Source of the DNA: Candidatus Fraserbacteria bacterium
GTDB lineage: Bacteria; Bipolaricaulota; Bipolaricaulia; RBG-16-55-9
Assembly: GCA_037442925.1 (NCBI GenBank)
Contig: JBBIPG010000056.1
Coordinates: 1-15,279, forward strand
Length of the DNA stretch: 15,279 bases
Direction: 5' to 3'
Shown here in pieces: positions 7,675 to 15,275 of this stretch (the first letter of the stretch is position 1; the number at the start of each line of letters is the position of its first letter). Below the pieces are notes generated by a model. The model was not told the origin of the DNA. It did no database searches and worked only from the letters and a program-made list of their open reading frames with translations. A program made the position numbers and the translations under genes.

Positions 7675-8418
7675 CTACCGATGATCCTGAACACACATCC
7701 ATGGGGGGATGTGCCCCAGCCAAGCCCGTTGGAAGTAGGCTCGGTAGCCCTCAATGGTATAGTGTAGCCAACTCCGATTCAAGCCATACCGGCGGCTGGA
7801 GGAGTAGACTCTCATCTCCGGTGCATATACAATGCGCTCTCCGGGTCTTAGAGCTTGTTGAATTCTCAAAGATAGATCCAGATCCTCAGCCAGCCGGAGT
7901 CGCGTGTTGAAGCCTCCGGTTCTTTGGAAAATCTCTTTGCGCACGGCGAAGTTGAATCCCCAAAAGTGCGGCTTCCCCATGAGAATGTGCAATCGTTGGT
8001 GAAACTCAATCAGCGCTTCCAAGAAGAGCCAGCGCTGCACGGGTGCCGGATCGCGAAACCCGACGTGCCCACAAAGAGCGATCACGCTCGGATCTTCGAA
8101 GCGACGCGCGATGGCTTCCAGCCAACGAGCATCAACGACCGTGTCGGCGTCCGTGCGCGCGATGAGCGAGTACGTGGCAGCTTGAAAGCCAGCTTGGGAA
8201 GCAGCGGCAGCTCCAGGCTGAAGTTCTGTAATCGTTCTGACAGATAGAGCGGGATGAGCTTGAGAGAAGGCCTGTACTTGGGCTGTGGAATCGTCTGTGG
8301 AGCCGTTATCGACGAGGATGAGTTCAAAGTCGCCCGTATACGTCTGCTGTGCGAACGCCTCAAGACAAGACGGAATTTCATTCCCTTCGTTATAGAACGG
8401 GATGACGATAGAAATCAT
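7675..8418 (-). CDS. Glycosyltransferase family 2
   Basis: Motifs ISIVIPFYNE, LVDNGSTD, RTDAD (DxD), GGFN, AEDLDL, SSRR. ATG 8418, alternative GTG 8433. Confidence 0.9.
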   Translation of the reverse strand: MISIVIPFYNEGNEIPSCLEAFAQQTYTGDFELILVDNGSTDDSTAQVQAFSQAHPALSVRTITELQPGAAAASQAGFQAATYSLIARTDADTVVDARWLEAIARRFEDPSVIALCGHVGFRDPAPVQRWLFLEALIEFHQRLHILMGKPHFWGFNFAVRKEIFQRTGGFNTRLRLAEDLDLSLRIQQALRPGERIVYAPEMRVYSSSRRYGLNRSWLHYTIEGYRAYFQRAWLGHIPPWMCVQDHR

Positions 8419-9493
8419 CGTAAAGAGCCACACGAGTCTGTGGTGTTGGGATGTCTCTCTCCCGCAGGCCCCAAGGCGGCTCGGAGGGTTGCTCCAACAC
8501 GGAGCGGTAGAGCGCTTTGAGCCGCTGGCCTACCACTTCGAGGCTATGCTCCTGAGCCAGTTGTAGGGCTCCCCGCGAGAGGTGCCGGTAGAGCTTTGGA
8601 TCGCTCTCTAGGCGTCTAAGATGTTCCACGAATTCGCTCTCGGTCTGCCCCTTGAGGCAATTGACACCATGGACGAGCCAATCTTCGTATTCGGGTATAT
8701 CCCGCACGACCAACGGTCGACCTAGCGAAGCCGCTTCCAGAATCACCATGCCCTGCGTCTCCGTATGCGAGGAGAAGAAGAGCACGTCTCCGGCAGAGAA
8801 AGCTCCTGGTGTGTCAGATACATATCCGGGCATGATCACATTGAAGAGCCGTTCATTCACATACTTGTCCATCTGAGGATGGAAGACGAGCGCCTTGGAC
8901 CAGCGGTGGCCGTACCAGATGAAATCAAACTGGGGGAGCCGCTCGGCAACGCGGATGAAATCCACAATGCCCTTGCGTGGGATGACGTTGCCGGCAGAGA
9001 AGACCGCAAAGCGATGGAGATTGTAGCGCCCTCTATAGAGCCGTCGTTTTTCCGGTGAGAAGCGGAACCGCTCGCAATTGACCCCGTTGCTCACCACCTC
9101 GACGCGCTTGGCCAGCCCCGCTTGGCGCAAGAGCGTACGCGCGAACTCAGAGGGTGTGAAGACAGCATCACTCTGTTCGTAGAAGAACGTCAAGTATTTT
9201 TCGTAGAGGGGGGCGATCAAGTTCGACATGGTGTAGCTATCGCGGAAGTCGTGGGCTCCGACGCTGTGAGCGTGCACTACGACTTTGATTCCCTCGCGCT
9301 TGGCTTTGTTGAGGTAATAGAACGACTTGGGACCGAAGGCATGTAGATGCAATAGCTCGTAGTTCTCGTTGTTGGGCTCCGTGGTCACCTCGACTCCGGC
9401 CAGCCGCAGCGCCTGTTTGTGCGACTCAAAGGCTCTCTTAAACCCGGAGCGGGCTACAGCGTTCTCAGCTTCCAGATATAGGCAAATCTTCAT
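8390..9493 (-). CDS. Glycosyltransferase family 4, resembling diacylglycerol-glycoside (glycolipid) alpha-glycosyltransferases
   Basis: Motifs VHAH, TPS, VSNGV, PRKG, ETQGMVILEA (EX7E), VVRDIP. AAGGAGG SD at 9499-9505. Confidence 0.9.
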   Translation of the reverse strand: MKICLYLEAENAVARSGFKRAFESHKQALRLAGVEVTTEPNNENYELLHLHAFGPKSFYYLNKAKREGIKVVVHAHSVGAHDFRDSYTMSNLIAPLYEKYLTFFYEQSDAVFTPSEFARTLLRQAGLAKRVEVVSNGVNCERFRFSPEKRRLYRGRYNLHRFAVFSAGNVIPRKGIVDFIRVAERLPQFDFIWYGHRWSKALVFHPQMDKYVNERLFNVIMPGYVSDTPGAFSAGDVLFFSSHTETQGMVILEAASLGRPLVVRDIPEYEDWLVHGVNCLKGQTESEFVEHLRRLESDPKLYRHLSRGALQLAQEHSLEVVGQRLKALYRSVLEQPSEPPWGLRERDIPTPQTRVALYDDFYRHPVL

Positions 9494-9517
9494 GAATGCC
9501 TCCTTACAAAGAGATGC

Positions 9518-11068
9518 TTACTCCCACTCGATTGTTCCCGGCGGCTTGGAGGTGATGTCGTACACCACGCGCGTGACCTCCGGGATCTCGTTGGTGATGC
9601 GGGTGGAGATGCGCTCCAGCACATCATGAGGAAACCGGAACCAGTCGGCGGTCATGCCGTCGCGCGAGTGCACAGCTCGTAGGGCAATCACTGTGCCATA
9701 GCCTCGACCGTCTCCTCGAACGGCCACGCTGCGCACGGGCAAGAGCACAGGGAAATACTGCCAGATCTCCCGCCTCAGGCCTGCTCGTGCGATCTCTTCG
9801 CGATAGATAGCGTCGGCCTCCTGCAGCAACGTGACCCGCGACGGAGTCACTTCCCCCAAGATCCTTACGGCCAGTCCCGGCCCCGGAAAGGGTTGCTCTT
9901 CGATGATGTCGTCGGGTAAACCCAAGGCGCGTGCGATCACGCGCACTTCGTCCTTGAAGAACTCGCGCAGCGGCTCGACGATCTGGAACCCCAGTGTGGC
10001 AGGCAGCCCTCCCACGTTGTGATGGCTCTTGATGCGATCGGCGTGGGAAGCCGTTCCTGCCTCACCGCTCTCGATCACGTCCGAATAGATCGTCCCCTGA
10101 ATGAGCACGTCGATCTTGCCTTGCGTCTTCTCCAGACGATGAGCTGCGGCCTCGAAGACGCGAATGAAGGTCTCCCCAATCACCTTGCGCTTCTGCTCGG
10201 GATCGATGGCACTGCGCAGACGTCTGTAGAATTCCTCGCGCGCATTCACACAATGGACCGTAAGCCCCAATTGATCGAAGACGCACTGCACCCGCTCTGG
10301 CTCATCCTTGCGCAGTAATCCCGTGTCCACAAAGATGGGGAGGAGTCGATCTCCGATGGCCCGATGGGCCAGCACCGCGGCGGTGCTGGAGTCCACCCCC
10401 CCGGAGACGGCAATGAGACAGCGCTTGCCTGCCAGCTCCTGCTTGAGCCAAGCGATCTTCTCCTCCACGAGGTTGCCGGGCTGCCAGCGGTCTCGCAGGC
10501 CGCAGATCACCCGCAGCCAGTTCTTCAAGATCGTCTTCCCGTGAGGGGTATGATGGACCTCCGGATGGAATTGAATCCCATAGATAGAGGACTTCTCGTT
10601 CTTCACGGCCGCGATGAGCTTTTCTGTAGAGTGGGCTAGAACTTTGAATCCACGAGGGACTTGGGTGATCACATCTCCATGGCTCATCCAGACTCTCTCT
10701 TTGGGCTGGAGTCCCTCAAACAGTGGATCGTCTTGGGTGATCTCGATGGTGCTTGTGCCGTATTCGGCTTGGCTGCGGGTCACCTTGCCTCCGAGTTGGT
10801 GGGCGAGCAGTTGCATGCCGTAGCAGATGCCGAGAATGGGAATCCCCAGCTCGTAGATCTGGGGGTCAAGTTGAGGGGATCCGTCTTCGTAGACGCTCTG
10901 CGGCCCGCCGGAGAGCACAAGGGCCCGAGGCCTACGCCGCTGGATCTCCTCTGCCGTGATGGCAGGGGATGCGACCTCCGAGTAGACCTCCAGTTCGCGG
11001 ATGGCTTTGGCGATAAGTCTAGTATATTGCGAGCCAAAATCGAGAACGAGTACTCGTTCTTCGATCAA
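9518..11068 (-). CDS. guaA: GMP synthase (glutamine-hydrolysing)
   Basis: Motifs LDFGSQY, LSGGP, GICYGMQ, WMSHGD, QFHPEV, SGGVDS, IKSHHNVGG, PFPGPGL, KPPGTIEWE. True start is TTG 11068 with a GGAGGAGG SD (516 aa); the rest of the 749-aa ORF call is antisense to hflK. Confidence 0.97.
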   Translation of the reverse strand: MIEERVLVLDFGSQYTRLIAKAIRELEVYSEVASPAITAEEIQRRRPRALVLSGGPQSVYEDGSPQLDPQIYELGIPILGICYGMQLLAHQLGGKVTRSQAEYGTSTIEITQDDPLFEGLQPKERVWMSHGDVITQVPRGFKVLAHSTEKLIAAVKNEKSSIYGIQFHPEVHHTPHGKTILKNWLRVICGLRDRWQPGNLVEEKIAWLKQELAGKRCLIAVSGGVDSSTAAVLAHRAIGDRLLPIFVDTGLLRKDEPERVQCVFDQLGLTVHCVNAREEFYRRLRSAIDPEQKRKVIGETFIRVFEAAAHRLEKTQGKIDVLIQGTIYSDVIESGEAGTASHADRIKSHHNVGGLPATLGFQIVEPLREFFKDEVRVIARALGLPDDIIEEQPFPGPGLAVRILGEVTPSRVTLLQEADAIYREEIARAGLRREIWQYFPVLLPVRSVAVRGDGRGYGTVIALRAVHSRDGMTADWFRFPHDVLERISTRITNEIPEVTRVVYDITSKPPGTIEWE

Positions 11069-11094
11069 ACCGTGCCTCCTCCCATCTCTATTAA

Positions 11095-11123
11095 AGGGTA
11101 ATCTGGCAAATCGGGATTTGCAA
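11095..11123 (-). promoter_or_regulatory. Putative guaA promoter overlapped by the perfect palindrome GCAAATC-GG-GATTTGC
   Basis: Minus strand: TTGCAA (11123-11118), 17 nt, TACCCT (11100-11095). Palindrome at 11106-11121. Confidence 0.5.
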
Positions 11124-11128
11124 CCCCA

Positions 11129-11157
11129 TTGAACTCTTACGCGTGTGAGACTAGAAT
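11129..11157 (+). promoter_or_regulatory. Putative sigma70 promoter for hflKC
   Basis: TTGAAC (11129-11134), 17 nt, TAGAAT (11152-11157). AAGGAGG SD at 11196-11202. Confidence 0.6.
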
Positions 11158-11212
11158 CAGCCTGTTTGAGATGTCTCATTCCATCGGCGTAAGCCAAGGA
11201 GGGATCCAGTTC

Positions 11213-12214
11213 ATGCAAGGCCCCATAGAGTTCCCAGAGGAATTGGACGAGCGTTGGCAAGATTGGGGACGGAGGGTGGGCCGGTTGGGCAGCGGAGCCG
11301 GTTGGCTGATCATCCTGCTCATCCTCGCCATCTGGCTTCTGAGTGGGATCTACACTGTGGGCCCCTACGAAGTGGGATTGGTCAAGCGCTTCGGGAAATT
11401 TGTGCAGACGAGCGAGCCAGGGTTCCATTATCGAATTCCGTGGCCGATGGAGAGCGTGGTCATCGTCGATCAGAGCTCGGTCCGCACAGAAGAGCTGGGC
11501 TTCTTCAGCCGTCCGGGCGTTCCCAGTACGCAGTTCCCCGTTCGAGAAGAAGAGGCGCTCATGCTTACCGGCGACTTCAACATCATTCGCGTCGAGACCA
11601 TCGTACAGTACGACGTGATCAACTCCGAGGCCTTCGCGTTCCAAGTGGAGGACTATCGAACGGTCATTCGCGAGGCAGCGCAGGCCATCATCCGCGAGAA
11701 GGTGGCGCTTCGCACTGTGGATGAGGCGCTCACCGAGAGGCGGGAAGAGATCGCGATCGAGGTCCAAAAGGACTTACAGGAACTTCTCAATCGCTATGGG
11801 ACTGGCATGCGCATCATCAACGTGCGCCTTCAGGAAGTGACCCCGCCCACGCAGGCCGTCGCCGCGGCCTTCGACGACGTGAACAGCTCAATTCAAGACA
11901 AAGAGCGCTCCGTCTTGGAAGCGCAAGCCTACGCTAACGAGCAGATTCCAAGAGCCGAGGGGCAGCGGCAGAAGATCCTCAACGAGGCCGAGGCCTACAA
12001 ACAGAGCCGCATCCTGCAATCCCAAGGCGACGTCGCGCGCTTTCTAGCCGTCTTGGAGCGCTATCGCGACGGCAAAGCCGTCACAGAGGCAAGGCTCTAC
12101 ATCGAGACCATGGAGGAGATCCTCCCCACGCTCAACAAGATCATCCTCACGAAGGAGGCGGGCGGACTGCTGAGCCTGCTCAATCTGGAATCGCTTCTGG
12201 AAGGAGGGCGATGA
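11213..12214 (+). CDS. hflK: FtsH protease activity modulator HflK (SPFH domain)
   Basis: N-terminal TM, WLLSGIYTV, RFGK, PGFHYRIPWP, MLTGDFNI, AAFDDV, RLYIETMEEIL. ATG 11213 after AAGGAGG. Confidence 0.93.
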   Translation: MQGPIEFPEELDERWQDWGRRVGRLGSGAGWLIILLILAIWLLSGIYTVGPYEVGLVKRFGKFVQTSEPGFHYRIPWPMESVVIVDQSSVRTEELGFFSRPGVPSTQFPVREEEALMLTGDFNIIRVETIVQYDVINSEAFAFQVEDYRTVIREAAQAIIREKVALRTVDEALTERREEIAIEVQKDLQELLNRYGTGMRIINVRLQEVTPPTQAVAAAFDDVNSSIQDKERSVLEAQAYANEQIPRAEGQRQKILNEAEAYKQSRILQSQGDVARFLAVLERYRDGKAVTEARLYIETMEEILPTLNKIILTKEAGGLLSLLNLESLLEGGR

Positions 12215-13098
12215 CGATGAGGGCTCTGGTTGCGTTTCTGGTCATCGTCGTGCTGGGGTTGGTCATCTATGCGCTCTTCGCCTTCACGGTGGACGAGACT
12301 CAGAAGGCCGTGGTTCTCGAATTTGGCAAGATCGTGCGCGTGGTGGAAGAGCCAGGATTGTACTTCAAGACGCCCTTCATCCAGAGCGTTGTCTATCTGG
12401 AGGATCGGCTTCTTAGCGTAGACATCAAGCCCGCCGAGGGGATTACCGTGGATAAGCAGCGGGTGACCGTGGATAGCTACACCCTGTGGCGCATCCGCGA
12501 TGCCCGGCGCTACGTGGAGGCAGCCCGAGGTGCGCGCGTTACGGCCGAGAAAGCCTTGGATGACAACGTGTACGGCTTGTTGCGCGACATCATCGGACAA
12601 AAGAGCTTCGAGGACATCCTCAAGCGAGAGTTTCTTTCCCAAGTGAAAGACCTAGCCCAACAGAAGATGGACGAGTTCGGAGTGGACGTGATCGACGTGC
12701 GCATCAAGCGGGCCGATCTGCCGGAAGCGAACGAACAGGCGGTCTATAATCGAATGATCAGTGAGCGCAAGCAAATCGCCCAGCGGTTCCGCGCGGAAGG
12801 AGAGCAGGAGGCCCAGCGCATCCGCTCGGAGGCCGACCGCCAGGTGCAGATCATCCTAGCTGAAGCGCGCAAGCGTGCCGAAGAGCTCAAGGGAGAGGGC
12901 GATGCGCAAGCCCTTCAGATCTACGCGGATGCGTACAATCGTGATCCCAGCTTCTTCCTCTTCTGGCGCACGCTGGAATCGTACAAGAAATCGCTGGCCG
13001 AGCAGAGCACGTTGGTGCTCTCGACGGAGTCTGATTATCTTAAGCTGCTCGAGTTGATGGGAGCCAAGGGCCTGATCGAGGCACTCAACAACCGCTGA
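12211..13098 (+). CDS. hflC: Protease modulator HflC (SPFH domain)
   Basis: Motifs FTVDETQKAVVLEFGK, PGLYFKTPF, DVRIKRADLP, RMISER, RAEG, FWRTLESY. ATGA overlap with hflK. Confidence 0.93.
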   Translation: MTMRALVAFLVIVVLGLVIYALFAFTVDETQKAVVLEFGKIVRVVEEPGLYFKTPFIQSVVYLEDRLLSVDIKPAEGITVDKQRVTVDSYTLWRIRDARRYVEAARGARVTAEKALDDNVYGLLRDIIGQKSFEDILKREFLSQVKDLAQQKMDEFGVDVIDVRIKRADLPEANEQAVYNRMISERKQIAQRFRAEGEQEAQRIRSEADRQVQIILAEARKRAEELKGEGDAQALQIYADAYNRDPSFFLFWRTLESYKKSLAEQSTLVLSTESDYLKLLELMGAKGLIEALNNR

Positions 13099-13129
13099 GG
13101 GGGGGGTCAGCTCAGCCCCAGTAGCTCGC

Positions 13130-13864
13130 TCAACCGGCACATCGTCGGCCCAGGTCACTATGGATAACGAGGTCGGCGATGGCATCAAAGGGCGTCGCTT
13201 CACGGTTGATGAGGACGACCCGCGTCTTGGCATATTGGGCCTGCGGGACGAGTCCTGCCACGGGATAGACTTCGAGAGAAGAGCCGAGCACGATCAGCAG
13301 ATCCGCTCGACAGATCTCCCATTCGCTCTCTTGAAATGCGGGAGGCAGAAGCTCTCCAAAGAGCACCACATCAGGTTTGAGCAACCCGTGGCAATGATCG
13401 CAATGGGGCGCTCCCTGCTCTTCGACTTTACGAAACAAGGTTTCGATCTCGTAGGGCTTTCGGCAGTCAATGCAGAGTCCTCGGGTGTAGTTGCCATGGA
13501 CTTCCAGCACCCGTTGCGAGCCCGCCTTTCGATGGAGATTATCGATGTTCTGCGTGATGACCGCCTTGAGTCGGCCACGGGACTCCAGTCGAGCGAGCAG
13601 ACTGTGGGTGATATTGGGCTGAGCCTGGCTCAATCTCGAAAAGCGCCACTTCCAGAACTCATAAAAGCCCACAGGGTCTCTGAGAAAGCCATCGATGGAA
13701 GCTACCTTGAGGGGATCGACCATGCTCCACAGGCCGCATTGGGGGCTGCGAAAATCCGGGATGCCCGATTCGGTCGAGACCCCGGCTCCCGTGAGTGCCA
13801 CGGCATAGCGCGCCTCTTCGATCCACCTCGATAGTTGATGGAGCTTCTCGTTGTGCGTCGTCAT
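13130..13864 (-). CDS. cobB: NAD-dependent protein deacylase (sirtuin, Sir2/CobB family); extreme C-terminus probably frameshifted
   Basis: Motifs GAGVSTESGIPDFR, TQNIDNLH, EVHG, CIDC/CDHC zinc site, KPDVVLFGE, GSSLEVYP, INRE. ATG 13864. Confidence 0.92.
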   Translation of the reverse strand: MTTHNEKLHQLSRWIEEARYAVALTGAGVSTESGIPDFRSPQCGLWSMVDPLKVASIDGFLRDPVGFYEFWKWRFSRLSQAQPNITHSLLARLESRGRLKAVITQNIDNLHRKAGSQRVLEVHGNYTRGLCIDCRKPYEIETLFRKVEEQGAPHCDHCHGLLKPDVVLFGELLPPAFQESEWEICRADLLIVLGSSLEVYPVAGLVPQAQYAKTRVVLINREATPFDAIADLVIHSDLGRRCAG

Positions 13865-13885
13865 ACTTCTCTTGGCTGCAGCGCG

Positions 13886-13915
13886 ATTATAAGCCAGATG
13901 AAAGCTAGAGCGCAA
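13886..13915 (-). promoter_or_regulatory. Putative sigma70 promoter for the sirtuin gene
   Basis: Minus strand: TTGCGC (13915-13910), 18 nt, TATAAT (13891-13886). A divergent TATAAT at 13961-13966 (+) precedes the M24 gene. Confidence 0.5.
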
Positions 13916-14002
13916 GGCTCTTTGAGTGACGGAGAGAATCAATACGAAGAGGCGAAAGTGTATAATCTCGATGTCAAAAGCCTAGTCTACGAGGAGGTCG
14001 GC

Positions 14003-15190
14003 ATGAAATGGCGGATCAGCCTTGGCGAATACGTGCGACGCATTGACCGTGTACGGGAAGAACTTCATAGAGAGAAGGCCCAAGCGATGATCGTCTTTGG
14101 TGCCAAGCGCATCGCATACCTTGTGGGCTACCACATCGTGGCTACAGAAAGACCCATGGCGCTCATCATCCCGGCTAAGCTCAGAGAAAAGCCCATTGCA
14201 TTCGTGCCTCGCTTGGAGAAAGACGCGGCAGAGCACGAGCCTCTGGTAGGCGAAGTGTGGAGTTACTTCGAATATCCCGGCAAAGAGCCTCCCCTCAAGA
14301 CCTTCGCCCAGCTGCTCACCAAGAGAGGATTTGATGAAAAACTCTTGGCGGACGGTGAGGGTTACCCGGCCCTCTGGGGCTATCGGGGTCCGAAGCTCTC
14401 GGAGGTACTGCCTGATACTCAAGTGAAAGTGACTCACTTCATCGAGGAGATGTGGAAAATCAAATCTCCTGAGGAAATCGAACTCATCAAAGAGACGGCC
14501 ATCTGGGGGAATCTGGCTCATGCGAAGTTACAAGAGTTCACTCGCGTCGGGGCCAGCGAGATCGACGTGTCTCTTCGAGCTTCGTACGAAGCCAGCCGCG
14601 AGATGCTCCAAGCACTGGGGCCCGAATTTGGAGGCTTCTCCCGAGGCGGCTGGCCCTGCCATGCTGGCTTCGTCACAGGACCGAACTCGGCATTCCCTCA
14701 CTCGATGAGCTGGAACCGAAAGATTCAAAAGGGCGATGTGCTCGTCACGGGAGCCACAGGGCATCTGTGGGGCTACGCGAGCGAACTCGAGCGGACAATG
14801 ATCGTTGGAGCACCCAGTAGTGAACAAGCCAAGTATTTCGAGATCATGCTCGAAGCACAGACGGCGGCCATGGAAGCCGCCGGGCCGGGAATCCCACTCT
14901 CACAAGTGGATCGAGCCGCGTGGGATGTCTTTGAGAAGCATAAAGTCACGCAATACACACAGCATCACACGGGGCATCATCTGGGTTTTGAGCCACATGA
15001 GGCTCCCTTCATTGATCGCAATAGCAAAGAAGAGATGCAGCCAGGGCAAGTTTATAGTATCGAGCCTGGGCTATATATTCCGGGCAAAGCGGGCTACCGG
15101 CACAGCGATACGATCTTGATCACCAACGATGGAGTGGAGTTGCTCACATACTACCCAAGAGATCTGGAGAGCCTCACGATTCCGGTTTAA
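14003..15190 (+). CDS. M24 (Xaa-Pro peptidase/creatinase fold) family hydrolase
   Basis: Creatinase-N-like N-terminal domain, then IKSPEEIELIKE, SAFPH, HHTGH, HEAP, IEPGLY, RHSDT. ATG 14003 after GAGGAGG. Confidence 0.88.
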   Translation: MKWRISLGEYVRRIDRVREELHREKAQAMIVFGAKRIAYLVGYHIVATERPMALIIPAKLREKPIAFVPRLEKDAAEHEPLVGEVWSYFEYPGKEPPLKTFAQLLTKRGFDEKLLADGEGYPALWGYRGPKLSEVLPDTQVKVTHFIEEMWKIKSPEEIELIKETAIWGNLAHAKLQEFTRVGASEIDVSLRASYEASREMLQALGPEFGGFSRGGWPCHAGFVTGPNSAFPHSMSWNRKIQKGDVLVTGATGHLWGYASELERTMIVGAPSSEQAKYFEIMLEAQTAAMEAAGPGIPLSQVDRAAWDVFEKHKVTQYTQHHTGHHLGFEPHEAPFIDRNSKEEMQPGQVYSIEPGLYIPGKAGYRHSDTILITNDGVELLTYYPRDLESLTIPV

Positions 15191-15198
15191 TAAGGGTC

Positions 15199-15227
15199 TT
15201 GACAAGATGAATCATCTGTGCTACACT
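15199..15227 (+). promoter_or_regulatory. Near-consensus sigma70 promoter with extended -10 and a palindrome in the spacer
   Basis: TTGACA (15199-15204), 17 nt, TACACT (15222-15227), with TG at 15219-15220. AGATGA-A-TCATCT at 15205-15217. Confidence 0.8.
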
Positions 15228-15275
15228 TACCTTACCTTACCTTACCTTACCTTACCTTACCTTACCTTACCTTAC
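15226..15275 (+). repeat. (CTTAC)x10 tandem pentamer repeat followed by CGGT
   Basis: Directly visible: ten perfect CTTAC units (15226-15275), then cggt (15276-15279). Confidence 0.98.

Noticed and set aside
8390..8500. GT4 C-terminal tail overlapping the GT2 start as a frameshifted fusion
   Set aside because: Both domains are complete in their own frames, a 29-nt overlap is unremarkable, and no slippery site is evident.
11069..11767. 233-aa N-terminal extension of GuaA in the 749-aa ORF call
   Set aside because: It is antisense to hflK and crosses the divergent promoter region. A strong SD precedes TTG 11068, which gives a normal-length GuaA.
4005..13834. Long antisense or alternative-frame ORFs (e.g. 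4005-4670, 6472-7086, 12097-12642, 13160-13834)
   Set aside because: They are shadow ORFs of clearly identified genes in GC-rich DNA, with no motifs or RBS.
13130..13864. Sirtuin as an anti-phage SIR2 NADase effector
   Set aside because: It has the canonical zinc-binding deacylase architecture, normal length and no defence-gene neighbours.
13835..14002. N-terminal extensions of the M24 and sirtuin ORF calls that overlap head-to-head
   Set aside because: Better starts exist (ATG 14003 with GAGGAGG; ATG 13864), and the interval holds divergent TATAAT boxes.
15226..15275. CTTAC array as a CRISPR array or telomere
   Set aside because: There are no spacers or cas genes. Unique sequence (CGGT) resumes after the array, and the two arrays are direct rather than inverted as linear-replicon ends would be.
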